64,000 nt of DNA from IMG/VR virus record IMGVR_UViG_3300028393_000019, positions 62,001-126,000 of that record, one strand, 5' to 3'. The notes under the pieces were generated by a model. It was given only the letters and a program-made list of their open reading frames with translations. It was not told the DNA's origin and did no database searches. Below are positions 38,587 to 46,148 of the stretch, piece after piece. Positions within the stretch are counted from its first letter, which is position 1, and the number at the start of each line of letters is the position of its first letter. The translations under genes and the position numbers were made by a program.

Positions 38587-38695
38587 CAAAACGAGGATAT
38601 GCCTCGTTTTAGGTGGGCTAGACCTAGCGGGAGCGAATCGCGTTGATTGGTCTAGCCCTACTGCTAAGGGCGCTCTTATGTGTGTTGTTGTATAC
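38544..38695 (-). ncRNA. Candidate anti-RBS small RNA / structured 3' UTR with two AUUCGCUCC loops
   Basis: Three hairpins (38615-38658, 38588-38610, 38551-38586); G.U pairs and U-tract fix the minus strand; loops complementary to GGAGCGAA early RBSs. Confidence 0.65.
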
Positions 38696-39597
38696 TAGCG
38701 TGAGCCCCTCATGCATGTTACTTCTGCTACAGCTTGCCACTTGTCCGGGAAGCTGGCTGCCAAGTCTGCTACCTTGAGCACTGTGCGCAGGCTCAGCTCA
38801 CGCATGCGATGCTTGTTGGAATCCACGAATGCAACCACTTCCAGCTTCTTCTCGTCAGTGAGCTCGTATGAATCCAGCATGCCATGCTCGGTAACTACCT
38901 GCTTGATGCGTAACACCTTCTCGCGTTCAGTGTCGATGGTAAGGTCCAAATAGTGGCAACGGCTCTCTAGTGCTTCCAAGTGATCCTGTAGCTTCTTGCT
39001 TTTCACGTGATCGAACTTGATGTTGGTAATGAAGATCGCACCGCCCTTGAACTCGAATGTGTTGGGCACACCTTCACTACGTAGCAAGCGACTGTCTGTG
39101 TTCCACGAGATCGTACGCTTCTTTGACGTATCTAACGCGGCCTTCAAGATGTTTAGACTGAGATCATCCAACAGGATCGAATCACAGTCGTCGAACACTA
39201 GGATGCTCTTCTTGTCTGAGAACTCGTACAGCTTGCTATACAAGCCAATGGCACTCATAGCGCCTTTGACGATCTCGTACTTCTTCAGCTTCTGATCCTG
39301 TGCGATATCAGCCAGCACATCATGCTTTGACAGAACCTTCTCTACACCGTAGCTCTTGCCCACGCCTGGGGGGCCTGTCACGATCATAGCTCGCACATCG
39401 CCCTTCTTTACAGCACGAGTCATGTCATCCAAGATCTCAAAGCGATCACGTAGACGATTCAGGATCTGTTCATCTGACTCGTGTGCGATGTTCTTCTTTA
39501 CGGGTTCTTGCTCTAGGCTCGCTGTGGTGCCTTTGCTGGTTTTTGGCTGTTTCTGAAGTGCCATTAGCATCTTACTGGTAACTACCTTTGTTGTCAT
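38695..39597 (-). CDS. AAA+-type P-loop ATPase
   Basis: Walker A GPPGVGKS, Walker B LVFDDCD, IFITN, ALESR. Confidence 0.85.
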   Translation of the reverse strand: MTTKVVTSKMLMALQKQPKTSKGTTASLEQEPVKKNIAHESDEQILNRLRDRFEILDDMTRAVKKGDVRAMIVTGPPGVGKSYGVEKVLSKHDVLADIAQDQKLKKYEIVKGAMSAIGLYSKLYEFSDKKSILVFDDCDSILLDDLSLNILKAALDTSKKRTISWNTDSRLLRSEGVPNTFEFKGGAIFITNIKFDHVKSKKLQDHLEALESRCHYLDLTIDTEREKVLRIKQVVTEHGMLDSYELTDEKKLEVVAFVDSNKHRMRELSLRTVLKVADLAASFPDKWQAVAEVTCMRGSR

Positions 39598-39626
39598 ACA
39601 CGCTCCTGTGTTAAATTAATAATAGT

Positions 39627-39655
39627 ATTGTACAGTCTCGTTGAGTCTGTGTCAA
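39627..39655 (-). promoter_or_regulatory. sigma70 promoter TTGACA-17-TACAAT
   Basis: Read directly. Confidence 0.8.
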
Positions 39656-39975
39656 TCCAATCGGCTGCCTGCGTAGGCTGTCAAGCCCAAAGCCTTCAGA
39701 TAGTTGGCCAGGGCATAGGCGCCTGCTTCTTTGATGTCCACGTTTTGCACGGGCAGATCTCCCGGATTCCACATGCTCAAACACTTGGGTTTGTAGTCCT
39801 TCTTGAACCCCGCGGCAATCAATTCCTTAGCCTGCTTTGAGTTGGTACGGTCCACGTAGACATCAACCCAAGCAAAGCCGCAAGCGCCGCGATCTCCGCC
39901 CCACTTTTGATATTCGGCCATGCTGGCTTGTTTGGCCAATGGAATGCCTGCTTGGATCTGTTCTGCTGTAATCAT
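39652..39975 (-). CDS. Hypothetical early protein
   Basis: AGGAGCGAC RBS; GACGFAWV motif. Confidence 0.85.
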   Translation of the reverse strand: MITAEQIQAGIPLAKQASMAEYQKWGGDRGACGFAWVDVYVDRTNSKQAKELIAAGFKKDYKPKCLSMWNPGDLPVQNVDIKEAGAYALANYLKALGLTAYAGSRLD

Positions 39976-40009
39976 AAGTCGCTCCTATAATTGCGTTGTT
40001 GAAGTGTAT

Positions 40010-40038
40010 ATTATACTACCAAAGCGTGGGGTTGTCAA
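40010..40038 (-). promoter_or_regulatory. sigma70 promoter TTGACA-17-TATAAT
   Basis: Perfect consensus. Confidence 0.85.
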
Positions 40039-40204
40039 CCGGACGCTCAGTGCGTTTCAGCATGAGAACGCCACAGCCCATGGTTGCTAATCCCAGGATC
40101 GCTACAAGGACACAGTCCAGGACGGGACCACCGGTTTCGATCCCACCCACCGCAGCCATGGTTAGCAGTAGGCCTGTAAAGATTAAGAATGTGCTTGATT
40201 TCAT
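40016..40204 (-). CDS. Small two-helix membrane protein
   Basis: Two hydrophobic segments; AAGGAG RBS. Confidence 0.75.
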   Translation of the reverse strand: MKSSTFLIFTGLLLTMAAVGGIETGGPVLDCVLVAILGLATMGCGVLMLKRTERPVDNPTLW

Positions 40205-40533
40205 GCTAGCTCCTTGTGCAGATCGCAGTAGTCAACTTCAGGTTCTTTGTAGGTAATAGAACCTTCGTACTCCAGCTGGCTCCGCTCGAAGTCGCTAAGG
40301 TAGCCTTCTGCTTCCACGCGGAATCCCACGATGTACTCTCTGCAGTAGTCATTTGATCGCTCGATGGAGCCACGTGCCATCTCAACGATCTCTGCAGGAT
40401 CGATGTTGCGAGGTGTGTTGAGGATCTTGTAGCTGGAACCGCCCTTGAACTTCCAATACTGTGGGCAAGCACCTTCGCCGTCCCAATCATGGGCACCGTA
40501 GTTCTCCATGTACTGTGTGTCAATTACTAGCAT
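40201..40533 (-). CDS. Hypothetical early protein
   Basis: Start moved to 40533 (MLVIDTQYMENYGAHDW...YWKFKGG); AGGAGCGAA RBS. Confidence 0.85.
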   Translation of the reverse strand: MLVIDTQYMENYGAHDWDGEGACPQYWKFKGGSSYKILNTPRNIDPAEIVEMARGSIERSNDYCREYIVGFRVEAEGYLSDFERSQLEYEGSITYKEPEVDYCDLHKELA

Positions 40534-40564
40534 AGTTTCGCTCCTAGTTAGTGTGTAAAGTATT

Positions 40565-40593
40565 ATTATACTGCCGTTTGGCCCGTTTGTCAA
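40565..40593 (-). promoter_or_regulatory. sigma70 promoter TTGACA-17-TATAAT
   Basis: Perfect consensus. Confidence 0.85.
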
Positions 40594-40838
40594 CAGACTG
40601 TGTAGGTTTGTCCCAGGCTGTCCAGTGCTTCTTGTTGTATTTTAGCCACATACTTGTTCACAGTCTTCAGCGCCTTGCGCTCCTTCTCGTCCACGTCAGG
40701 ACAGCCGTAGTTGGCACGGAAGTTGACCCACGCACTGAGTGTGCCCGCTCGATCTACACCAGTCACAGATCCTTTAAAGGATTCCATGTAATTCAACCGA
40801 TCACCGTTCAACAGTTCTATTGCTTTGGATAGTTTCAT
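40590..40838 (-). CDS. Hypothetical early protein
   Basis: AGGAGCGAAC RBS. Confidence 0.8.
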   Translation of the reverse strand: MKLSKAIELLNGDRLNYMESFKGSVTGVDRAGTLSAWVNFRANYGCPDVDEKERKALKTVNKYVAKIQQEALDSLGQTYTVC

Positions 40839-40862
40839 AGTTCGCTCCTTCTTTGTTAATGT

Positions 40863-41114
40863 TCAGCAGTCTGGGTCAAAGCTCATCCACTCGTCGTACT
40901 CAGAGGGCTGACCGTCGTCCTCGTAGTCCATAGCACGTGGAAACTGATCCTCGGGCTCAGGGGCTTCGCAGATCACCACTTCACCATCGGAATCAAGCTC
41001 AACCCGAGGATGGCTGTAGCCATCGTAGGTCTCGTAACTGCCACGCAAGATCACGTGGGCATCCTGTGGCATTTGCTCCAATGCCTTGATCAAGTCTCTT
41101 ACTGTAGTTGTCAT
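40863..41114 (-). CDS. Hypothetical early protein
   Basis: AGGAGCGAG RBS; EYDEWMSFDPDC C-terminus. Confidence 0.8.
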   Translation of the reverse strand: MTTTVRDLIKALEQMPQDAHVILRGSYETYDGYSHPRVELDSDGEVVICEAPEPEDQFPRAMDYEDDGQPSEYDEWMSFDPDC

Positions 41115-41250
41115 ATCTCGCTCCTTCTCTTGTTCAGCTTAGGCCGAGTCTCCAAACTCGCTTCGTATCCCTTGGCTACGACCCTTTTTGCATTTCTGCG
41201 TGGGTCCTTGCATTTGAGGATCGCCTTGCTTTCTAACTGTTCATGTGCTT

Positions 41251-41279
41251 ATTATAGCTTCAAAAAATAACCCGCGCAA
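41251..41279 (-). promoter_or_regulatory. sigma70-like promoter TTGCGC-17-TATAAT overlapping terminator
   Basis: Read directly. Confidence 0.6.
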
Positions 41280-41292
41280 CCGGCGGGTTATT
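41262..41292 (-). terminator. Intrinsic terminator after tRNA
   Basis: AATAACCCGC/GCGGGTTATT stem plus T-run. Confidence 0.8.
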
Positions 41293-41293
41293 C

Positions 41294-41370
41294 TGGTGGG
41301 CCCACCTGGACTCGAACCAGGGACCAAAGGATTATGAGTCCTCTGCTCTAACCAACTGAGCTATAGGCCC
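41294..41370 (-). tRNA. tRNA with CAU anticodon, probably tRNA-Ile2 (lysidine type)
   Basis: GGGCCTATAGCTCAGTTGGTTAGAGCAGAGGACTCATAATCCTTTGGTCCCTGGTTCGAGTCCAGGTGGGCCCACCA; encoded CCA; C4-G69 and C5-G68 pairs as in Ile2 rather than Met. Confidence 0.92.
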
Positions 41371-41546
41371 GTAAATCGGTTGACTTCTACTGGATCTTGC
41401 CCGTCTTCATCTTTGAGGATGTAGACTTCTTCGCATTCCCACATGTGATCTTCAGCTATCAGCTCGGCTTCTTTGAGGGTAGCAACACAATCGATCAGCT
41501 CATCTCGCCCATCGATTGTGCCCCAAACTTCATACTGAACGAACAT
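41361..41546 (-). CDS. Small acidic hypothetical protein
   Basis: 61-aa ORF; 3' end overlaps tRNA 5' end by 10 nt. Confidence 0.65.
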   Translation of the reverse strand: MFVQYEVWGTIDGRDELIDCVATLKEAELIAEDHMWECEEVYILKDEDGQDPVEVNRFTGL

Positions 41547-41548
41547 GT

Positions 41549-41911
41549 TTAGGCTGTGAACGGAGTGTTCTCGTCTTCGGTCACTGCAGGTGCAGCCTTG
41601 ACTGCCTTGGTGGTCTTAGCTGTAGCGGTCTTGGCCACTGCTTTGACAACTGCTGTTGCCTTGGGAGCCTTCTCATCCAAGTACTCCGTGATAGCTGCCT
41701 GAGCATGTGCTCCTGAGAAATCATCCATGCCTTTGATGGCTTGAATACCTGCATACTTGGTGTATGGCTTCTCGAGATCTACCAAGGTGATATCCTCGTG
41801 ACCATGTTTAGCTAGCACCTTGATGCGCATCACATCATTTGCGAAACGTACCTTGTACTCACCGTTGAGCTTTGATACACCAAAAACGTTATACTGTTTA
41901 TCTGTTGCCAT
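41549..41911 (-). CDS. Hypothetical protein with Ala/Lys-rich tail
   Basis: GAGG RBS; KVRFAND motif. Confidence 0.85.
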   Translation of the reverse strand: MATDKQYNVFGVSKLNGEYKVRFANDVMRIKVLAKHGHEDITLVDLEKPYTKYAGIQAIKGMDDFSGAHAQAAITEYLDEKAPKATAVVKAVAKTATAKTTKAVKAAPAVTEDENTPFTA

Positions 41912-41969
41912 GTTGTTACCTCTATGTGTGTGGTTTAAGTTGTTATGCCAGTTTCCTTAGCATGTGTTA

Positions 41970-41998
41970 ATTGTACTATCTTTTGGTCTGCTTGTCAA
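41970..41998 (-). promoter_or_regulatory. sigma70 promoter TTGACA-17-TACAAT
   Basis: Read directly. Confidence 0.8.
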
Positions 41999-42260
41999 CC
42001 AATTTCTTCATCTTTTGGACATCTTTTCGGCTAGTTGCCACGGGTAGCGGCTTGCCAAACTCTCTGTCCAAATAGTGTGCCAGCATCTTGCCCTTGATGT
42101 TGGTAACCAGATCAAACTGGTCCTGATCAGGGCAGATGAACCGATACGGGCTGTGTCCCCAGCTCATCGTCTTGAGAAACTGATTGAACAGTCTGCGATG
42201 CTCTTTGATGTCCACGTCGAACTCAACCAGCGGTCGCAGATGGAAATCAAGTAGGCTCAC
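41976..42260 (-). CDS. Hypothetical protein
   Basis: GTG start; SWGHSPYRF motif. Confidence 0.7.
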   Translation of the reverse strand: MSLLDFHLRPLVEFDVDIKEHRRLFNQFLKTMSWGHSPYRFICPDQDQFDLVTNIKGKMLAHYLDREFGKPLPVATSRKDVQKMKKLVDKQTKR

Positions 42261-42387
42261 AGGGCCTCTCTTTCCACTGCTTGATCACTTGAGCTAGCGG
42301 TTCGAAGTTCCACTCTCGGATCTTGGGGCGAATGCGATCGGTCTGCTTCTGATCGTGCTCTTTATTCTTCTGCTGGTTGGTCTTCAT
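42247..42387 (-). CDS. Small hypothetical protein (46 aa, not in the ORF track)
   Basis: GAGG RBS; fills the gap between neighbours. Confidence 0.5.
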   Translation of the reverse strand: MKTNQQKNKEHDQKQTDRIRPKIREWNFEPLAQVIKQWKERPCEPT

Positions 42388-42961
42388 TGGTTTCCTCTTC
42401 ATATTCTGCTACTGTTTCTGAAATGCCCATACAGTCATCTAACGCTGTAGGGATCGATTCTCTGATCTGCTCAGAGGTCATTGCTGTGATATCGTAGTAG
42501 TCATCACCGTTCTCGTCGTAGATCCCGCAGAATCCCATGCCCGACTCATAGTAGTAGGCCCGAACTGTGTAGCCCTGCTCCATCAATGCTTCATAGACTC
42601 CACAGGGTGGGGCCCACGCACTGTCGAAGCCGAATGTGACGCCAGTCTTGCCATCATGTGCATCGTCGTATTCCACTGCTTCGTAGGGTTCTACATCCCA
42701 CTTGGTGCCCCACTCGTTCACGCAGTAGTCATACCAAGTGCTGTAGCCATACTTCTCAAGGTTGGACTTCTCTGCTGCCTCAAGAGCGATCTGCTCGGGA
42801 TTGTCAGCGGAACCAACTCGACCCGCTACAATGTGCAGTTCTTTGGGCACAGGCTTGGCAAAGTCGCAGAACTTGCCTTCGTTGATCGCACCTACCAACT
42901 CATACATCTTCGCAGGGTCAGTGTGGTTAATCTCTACTGTGTTGTTGCACCAATTAGGCAT
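42362..42961 (-). CDS. DUF1281/YubB ferredoxin-like family protein
   Basis: MPNWCNN, WYDYCVNEWGTKWD, FDSAWAPP and YYESGMGFCG. Confidence 0.75.
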   Translation of the reverse strand: MPNWCNNTVEINHTDPAKMYELVGAINEGKFCDFAKPVPKELHIVAGRVGSADNPEQIALEAAEKSNLEKYGYSTWYDYCVNEWGTKWDVEPYEAVEYDDAHDGKTGVTFGFDSAWAPPCGVYEALMEQGYTVRAYYYESGMGFCGIYDENGDDYYDITAMTSEQIRESIPTALDDCMGISETVAEYEEETNEDQPAEE

Positions 42962-42987
42962 ACGCTGTTCTCCTAAGTTAAAACACT

Positions 42988-43016
42988 ATTATACAACCAA
43001 AAGGCCTAGAAGTCAA
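42988..43016 (-). promoter_or_regulatory. sigma70 promoter TTGACT-17-TATAAT
   Basis: Read directly. Confidence 0.8.
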
Positions 43017-43029
43017 CCGTTGTTTCTAC

Positions 43030-43174
43030 GCCACAGAATAAGTTCCGGGAGGGTTTTGGGAAGTCTCACCCGGGTCGACTAGCAGGTTTTGTAGGGTCTC
43101 TTATGAATCGCTAACCTATGGCTAGCCCTACAGGAACGCACTTGTCCCTCAGCGATGTCTAGGAGCGAACTAGC
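43030..43174 (-). ncRNA. Second candidate anti-RBS element
   Basis: Non-coding; CUAG-UUCGCUC-CUAG hairpin; shares short motifs with the 38544 element. Confidence 0.4.
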
Positions 43175-43343
43175 TGTTTACCGTAGCATTAGGGCTGAAT
43201 TCTTCATCCTGGATACCATTCAAGGTCAACCAATCGTAGACCATCTCTACGGGTATGTCCAAGGTCTTGGCTATGTTCTTCTCGGTCAAGCCCTCGATGT
43301 AGAGTTGCTCGATGTCATATGCGATTTCTGATAGTTTACTCAT
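43170..43343 (-). CDS. Small HTH-like protein (57 aa, not in the ORF track)
   Basis: MSKLSEIAYDIEQLYIEGLTEKNIAKTLDIPVEMVYDWL. Confidence 0.7.
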   Translation of the reverse strand: MSKLSEIAYDIEQLYIEGLTEKNIAKTLDIPVEMVYDWLTLNGIQDEEFSPNATVNS

Positions 43344-43512
43344 CATTCATTTCCTCTGGTAGATATGCAATTAAGTTGCTTCTGGGAACACTCTTTAACA
43401 GCTCTTCAACAGCAGTTAGATCCCCACCCTCGAGATCTACAGCGATCTGATCTAGAACCCGGTCGATCAAGTCCGATAGGGCTACAGCTCGTTTAGTTTC
43501 AAATCCAGTCAT
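43336..43512 (-). CDS. Small hypothetical protein (58 aa, not in the ORF track)
   Basis: AAGGAG RBS; coupled to the downstream ORF. Confidence 0.7.
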   Translation of the reverse strand: MTGFETKRAVALSDLIDRVLDQIAVDLEGGDLTAVEELLKSVPRSNLIAYLPEEMNDE

Positions 43513-43524
43513 TCTATCTCCTTG

Positions 43525-44013
43525 CTAAACAGCGGGGCCGGTCTTGGCCTTTTGCTTGAGGGCTGTGAGCACACGCTTCCAGCGACCACTTTCACGAGTA
43601 CGGTAGAACCACTTGCCCGACTCTAGGCTGTCATCGTAGCGATACAGGTAGAAGTATTCGCACCATGAACCCTGGTAGTGATCTACAGCAGTTGCGGCGG
43701 ATTCAAAGCTCTTGTAGGGAGCATCTTCGCCGCGATCACGTGAGTAGAAGGTGGTCATATCGCCGTAGAGCTTCTCGTACTCATCTTCGGGTAACTCGCT
43801 GTCCAGCCTTGAGAACTCGTGCTTGATGCCGATCTCGGCTCGCAGTGAGCTGATGTCGCCCAGGGCGATCAAGTTGTTGACCTTAGGGCTAGCACCGTAG
43901 TTGTTCTCTAAGATCTCGCCGTTGTGTTCAAGGTAGCCATCCCAGTGGCAGTAGACGGCCTTGACACGACCACTACTAGGGTTCTCAATACCAATCATTG
44001 ATCTAGTACCCAT
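43525..44013 (-). CDS. Phage hypothetical protein (MGTRS...YCHWDGY type)
   Basis: Start moved to 44013; GGAGG RBS. Confidence 0.85.
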   Translation of the reverse strand: MGTRSMIGIENPSSGRVKAVYCHWDGYLEHNGEILENNYGASPKVNNLIALGDISSLRAEIGIKHEFSRLDSELPEDEYEKLYGDMTTFYSRDRGEDAPYKSFESAATAVDHYQGSWCEYFYLYRYDDSLESGKWFYRTRESGRWKRVLTALKQKAKTGPAV

Positions 44014-44014
44014 A

Positions 44015-44221
44015 TCAGCCTCCGAACACTTCTTTGTTAAGGATCTCGTTCTCAACCAAGTCGTAGCAAGCATTCATCGCTTGAGTCACGAAGGTGTAGA
44101 CCAGGGCCTTTTCTTTGGCCGGCAGTTGCTCAATGCGCTCCTGCAGTTCGGGCAAAGTGGGGGTGTAGAAGAACCCATTGCGTGGAATTGGGTTTTGCAC
44201 TTGATCGTAAATACCTGACAT
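44015..44221 (-). CDS. Hypothetical early protein
   Basis: AGGAGCGAA RBS. Confidence 0.8.
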   Translation of the reverse strand: MSGIYDQVQNPIPRNGFFYTPTLPELQERIEQLPAKEKALVYTFVTQAMNACYDLVENEILNKEVFGG

Positions 44222-44253
44222 AAGTTTCGCTCCTTCTGTGTGTGTAAGTGTAT

Positions 44254-44282
44254 ATTATAACACGGGCCAGGGCCCGTGTCAA
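44254..44282 (-). promoter_or_regulatory. sigma70 promoter TTGACA-17-TATAAT with palindromic spacer
   Basis: ACACGGGCC-AG-GGCCCGTGT at 44260-44279. Confidence 0.85.
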
Positions 44283-44289
44283 TCTATAG

Positions 44290-44643
44290 TTAAATACCCT
44301 GGAACGCAGTAAGGGCTTCTTGTGCGCCCGCATCCAAATACACCGCATCCATAGCCTTTTGCTTCTCACGTGCTACAGTTGCACGATACACTTCCAGCTC
44401 TGCGCTCTTAGCTTCCATAGCAGGCCACACAACATCAGAGGGGTTAAGGTAAGGACCCGTGTAGTCTACCTTGTCTGCCTTCAGCGTAATGTCGCCGCTC
44501 TTAATGCCTTCAAACACCATGCCCCACGTGGGCTGTTGCGGACGACCGCTGGCACCAAACAGTTCTACTGCCTTAGCCTGCACCTTAGCCTGTGCTACTT
44601 CGTTAAGACGACGAACAAAATACTCTCGAGATTGTGCTTCCAT
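44290..44643 (-). CDS. Hypothetical early protein
   Basis: Start moved to 44643; AGGAGCGAA RBS. Confidence 0.8.
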   Translation of the reverse strand: MEAQSREYFVRRLNEVAQAKVQAKAVELFGASGRPQQPTWGMVFEGIKSGDITLKADKVDYTGPYLNPSDVVWPAMEAKSAELEVYRATVAREKQKAMDAVYLDAGAQEALTAFQGI

Positions 44644-44653
44644 TTTTCGCTCC

Positions 44654-44776
44654 TTAGTTTGCTGTGTTGTAAACTCTGTACTTGCCTTCTGCATCGTAAT
44701 ACCAAACGCCGCCTATGTTGTGGTATCCTTTTTTGCGGAATAGTGTTGCATAATATTTCGCGTAATTAAATGCCAT
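44654..44776 (-). CDS. Small protein (40 aa, MAFNYAKYYATLFRKKG..., not in the ORF track)
   Basis: AAGGAAG RBS directly after a promoter; stop abuts the next RBS. Confidence 0.65.
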   Translation of the reverse strand: MAFNYAKYYATLFRKKGYHNIGGVWYYDAEGKYRVYNTAN

Positions 44777-44802
44777 CTTACTTCCTTTGTTGCTAAGTGT
44801 AT

Positions 44803-44831
44803 ATTATAGCACCAAACTAAAGCCCTGTCAA
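44803..44831 (-). promoter_or_regulatory. sigma70 promoter TTGACA-17-TATAAT
   Basis: Perfect consensus. Confidence 0.85.
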
Positions 44832-44842
44832 CCCCAGGGTCT

Positions 44843-45106
44843 TTACATACTCCAGTAGCTCTCACTGGCGGGCGAGCAATAGTAGGGCGTGTCGTAACGC
44901 TCTGTGAACCGGCCCCCACCCATCATGTTGGTCTTCTCGACCATAGTCACGTGGATCTCACAACGATAGCCCTCACTGGCCGGGTACTTGCGAGCATAGA
45001 CCTCTTGGATAGCACCACGATCAGCAGTGCTATGGTCTACCTTGCGATCCAGTCGCTCCCCGGACTTTCGACGGGCATCACGTTTATAAACTTCTACTGT
45101 GTACAT
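44843..45106 (-). CDS. Hypothetical early protein
   Basis: AGGAGCGAAC RBS; TPYYCSPASESYWSM C-terminus. Confidence 0.85.
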   Translation of the reverse strand: MYTVEVYKRDARRKSGERLDRKVDHSTADRGAIQEVYARKYPASEGYRCEIHVTMVEKTNMMGGGRFTERYDTPYYCSPASESYWSM

Positions 45107-45139
45107 AAGTTCGCTCCTTATCTAACTGTCTAAGCATTA

Positions 45140-45168
45140 ATTATAGTGCCAAATCAGTTGTGTGTCAA
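45140..45168 (-). promoter_or_regulatory. sigma70 promoter TTGACA-17-TATAAT
   Basis: Perfect consensus. Confidence 0.85.
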
Positions 45169-45386
45169 CCCCAGGCCTTGAATAACCCGAATAGGCATAT
45201 GGTTAATGCTACTACGTTGGTAACCAATTGTGGCTTATTTGCCACACGTATGCTCCAGATCAAGTAGCAGATCCCGCCCATGAATCCAGCCACGATGTTC
45301 CATGGATAGATGTCAAAGCTCATGAGCGTATACATGGCCAGGAAGCATCCAGTGCCGATCCACTGGATGATGTCGTTGAACTTCAA
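45165..45386 (-). CDS. Small three-helix membrane protein
   Basis: Hydrophobic pattern. Confidence 0.75.
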   Translation of the reverse strand: MKFNDIIQWIGTGCFLAMYTLMSFDIYPWNIVAGFMGGICYLIWSIRVANKPQLVTNVVALTICLFGLFKAWG

Positions 45387-46087
45387 GCCGCTTCCTTCAA
45401 ATGGATCACGAACCCACTGTAGTCCTTCTTGGCACGACCCTTGGCTTTCAACCCAATGATGCCTACCCGGGGGTCTAAGAAGCGCAGATCATCTTCATCC
45501 GCACTGTACACACCTTCGGGGATCCGGTCGTAGACCACGGCAACATTCATGCCCTGAGCCACTGCCTTGGGAATGTCTGCGGCATTGGATTCAGCACGGC
45601 TGAACGTGAGGTGATAGTTGGGGATATGTGCGGTCTTGCGTCCTAGGATCTTGGTATAGTCATAGAACTGTACTGTAGGGAACATTTGGAAGATGTTCAA
45701 GCCAGTGTCGCCGATCGTGTACTTTTCCCACGCTAGATCACTAGTACCGTTCAAGCGGAACACGGGCTTTAGGCCCTGCTTACGGGCATAATTAATAGCC
45801 TTGTCGATGTCATTGGTTAGATCCTTCATGAAAGCATCACGATCGAAGAAGAATGCAACCGTCTTGCGTATACGTGCTCGCTGTATAACGTTGGTGTTCT
45901 CACCCCGCTTGAACATGCCCCCACGTCCAGCAGTGTTGAGACAGCTAGCAATGCATCCAGGGGTAGCCTTGGGACAGGTGTTGTGACCGCTCAGGGTGCT
46001 GGGCGCGAGATGCAGGATGAAGCTTAGATAGCCCCGAGCCGTGCCCTTTTGGATCTTGGGGTTAGCTGTACTCAGTAGTTTAAACAT
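45383..46087 (-). CDS. GP88/DUF7227-like phage protein
   Basis: CP.A..GC...CL, RLNGTSD, FYDYTK and YHLTFS motifs; AGGAGCGAAC RBS. Confidence 0.65.
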   Translation of the reverse strand: MFKLLSTANPKIQKGTARGYLSFILHLAPSTLSGHNTCPKATPGCIASCLNTAGRGGMFKRGENTNVIQRARIRKTVAFFFDRDAFMKDLTNDIDKAINYARKQGLKPVFRLNGTSDLAWEKYTIGDTGLNIFQMFPTVQFYDYTKILGRKTAHIPNYHLTFSRAESNAADIPKAVAQGMNVAVVYDRIPEGVYSADEDDLRFLDPRVGIIGLKAKGRAKKDYSGFVIHLKEAA

Positions 46088-46119
46088 GGTTCGCTCCTTG
46101 TTTTGCAGTGTAAGTGTAT

Positions 46120-46148
46120 ATTATACTGTCAATCGATCTGTATGTCAA
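46120..46148 (-). promoter_or_regulatory. sigma70 promoter TTGACA-17-TATAAT
   Basis: Perfect consensus. Confidence 0.85.

Noticed and set aside
38551-38658. CsrA/RsmA sponge on the plus strand (GGA in loops)
   Set aside because: Loops lack the ANGGA consensus, and the G.U pairs plus U-tract only work on the minus strand; retained only as a less likely alternative.
41125-41240. c-di-GMP-I riboswitch (GAAA tetraloop, GGG.CG..GCC and CGGCCUAA fragments)
   Set aside because: The matching fragments are separated by about 25 extra nt and the GGCAAAC element is absent; kept only as a generic structured leader.
44757-44765. Further copy of the TTCGCGTAA motif
   Set aside because: Falls within the small ORF 44654..44776 and lacks the A-run; probably coincidental.
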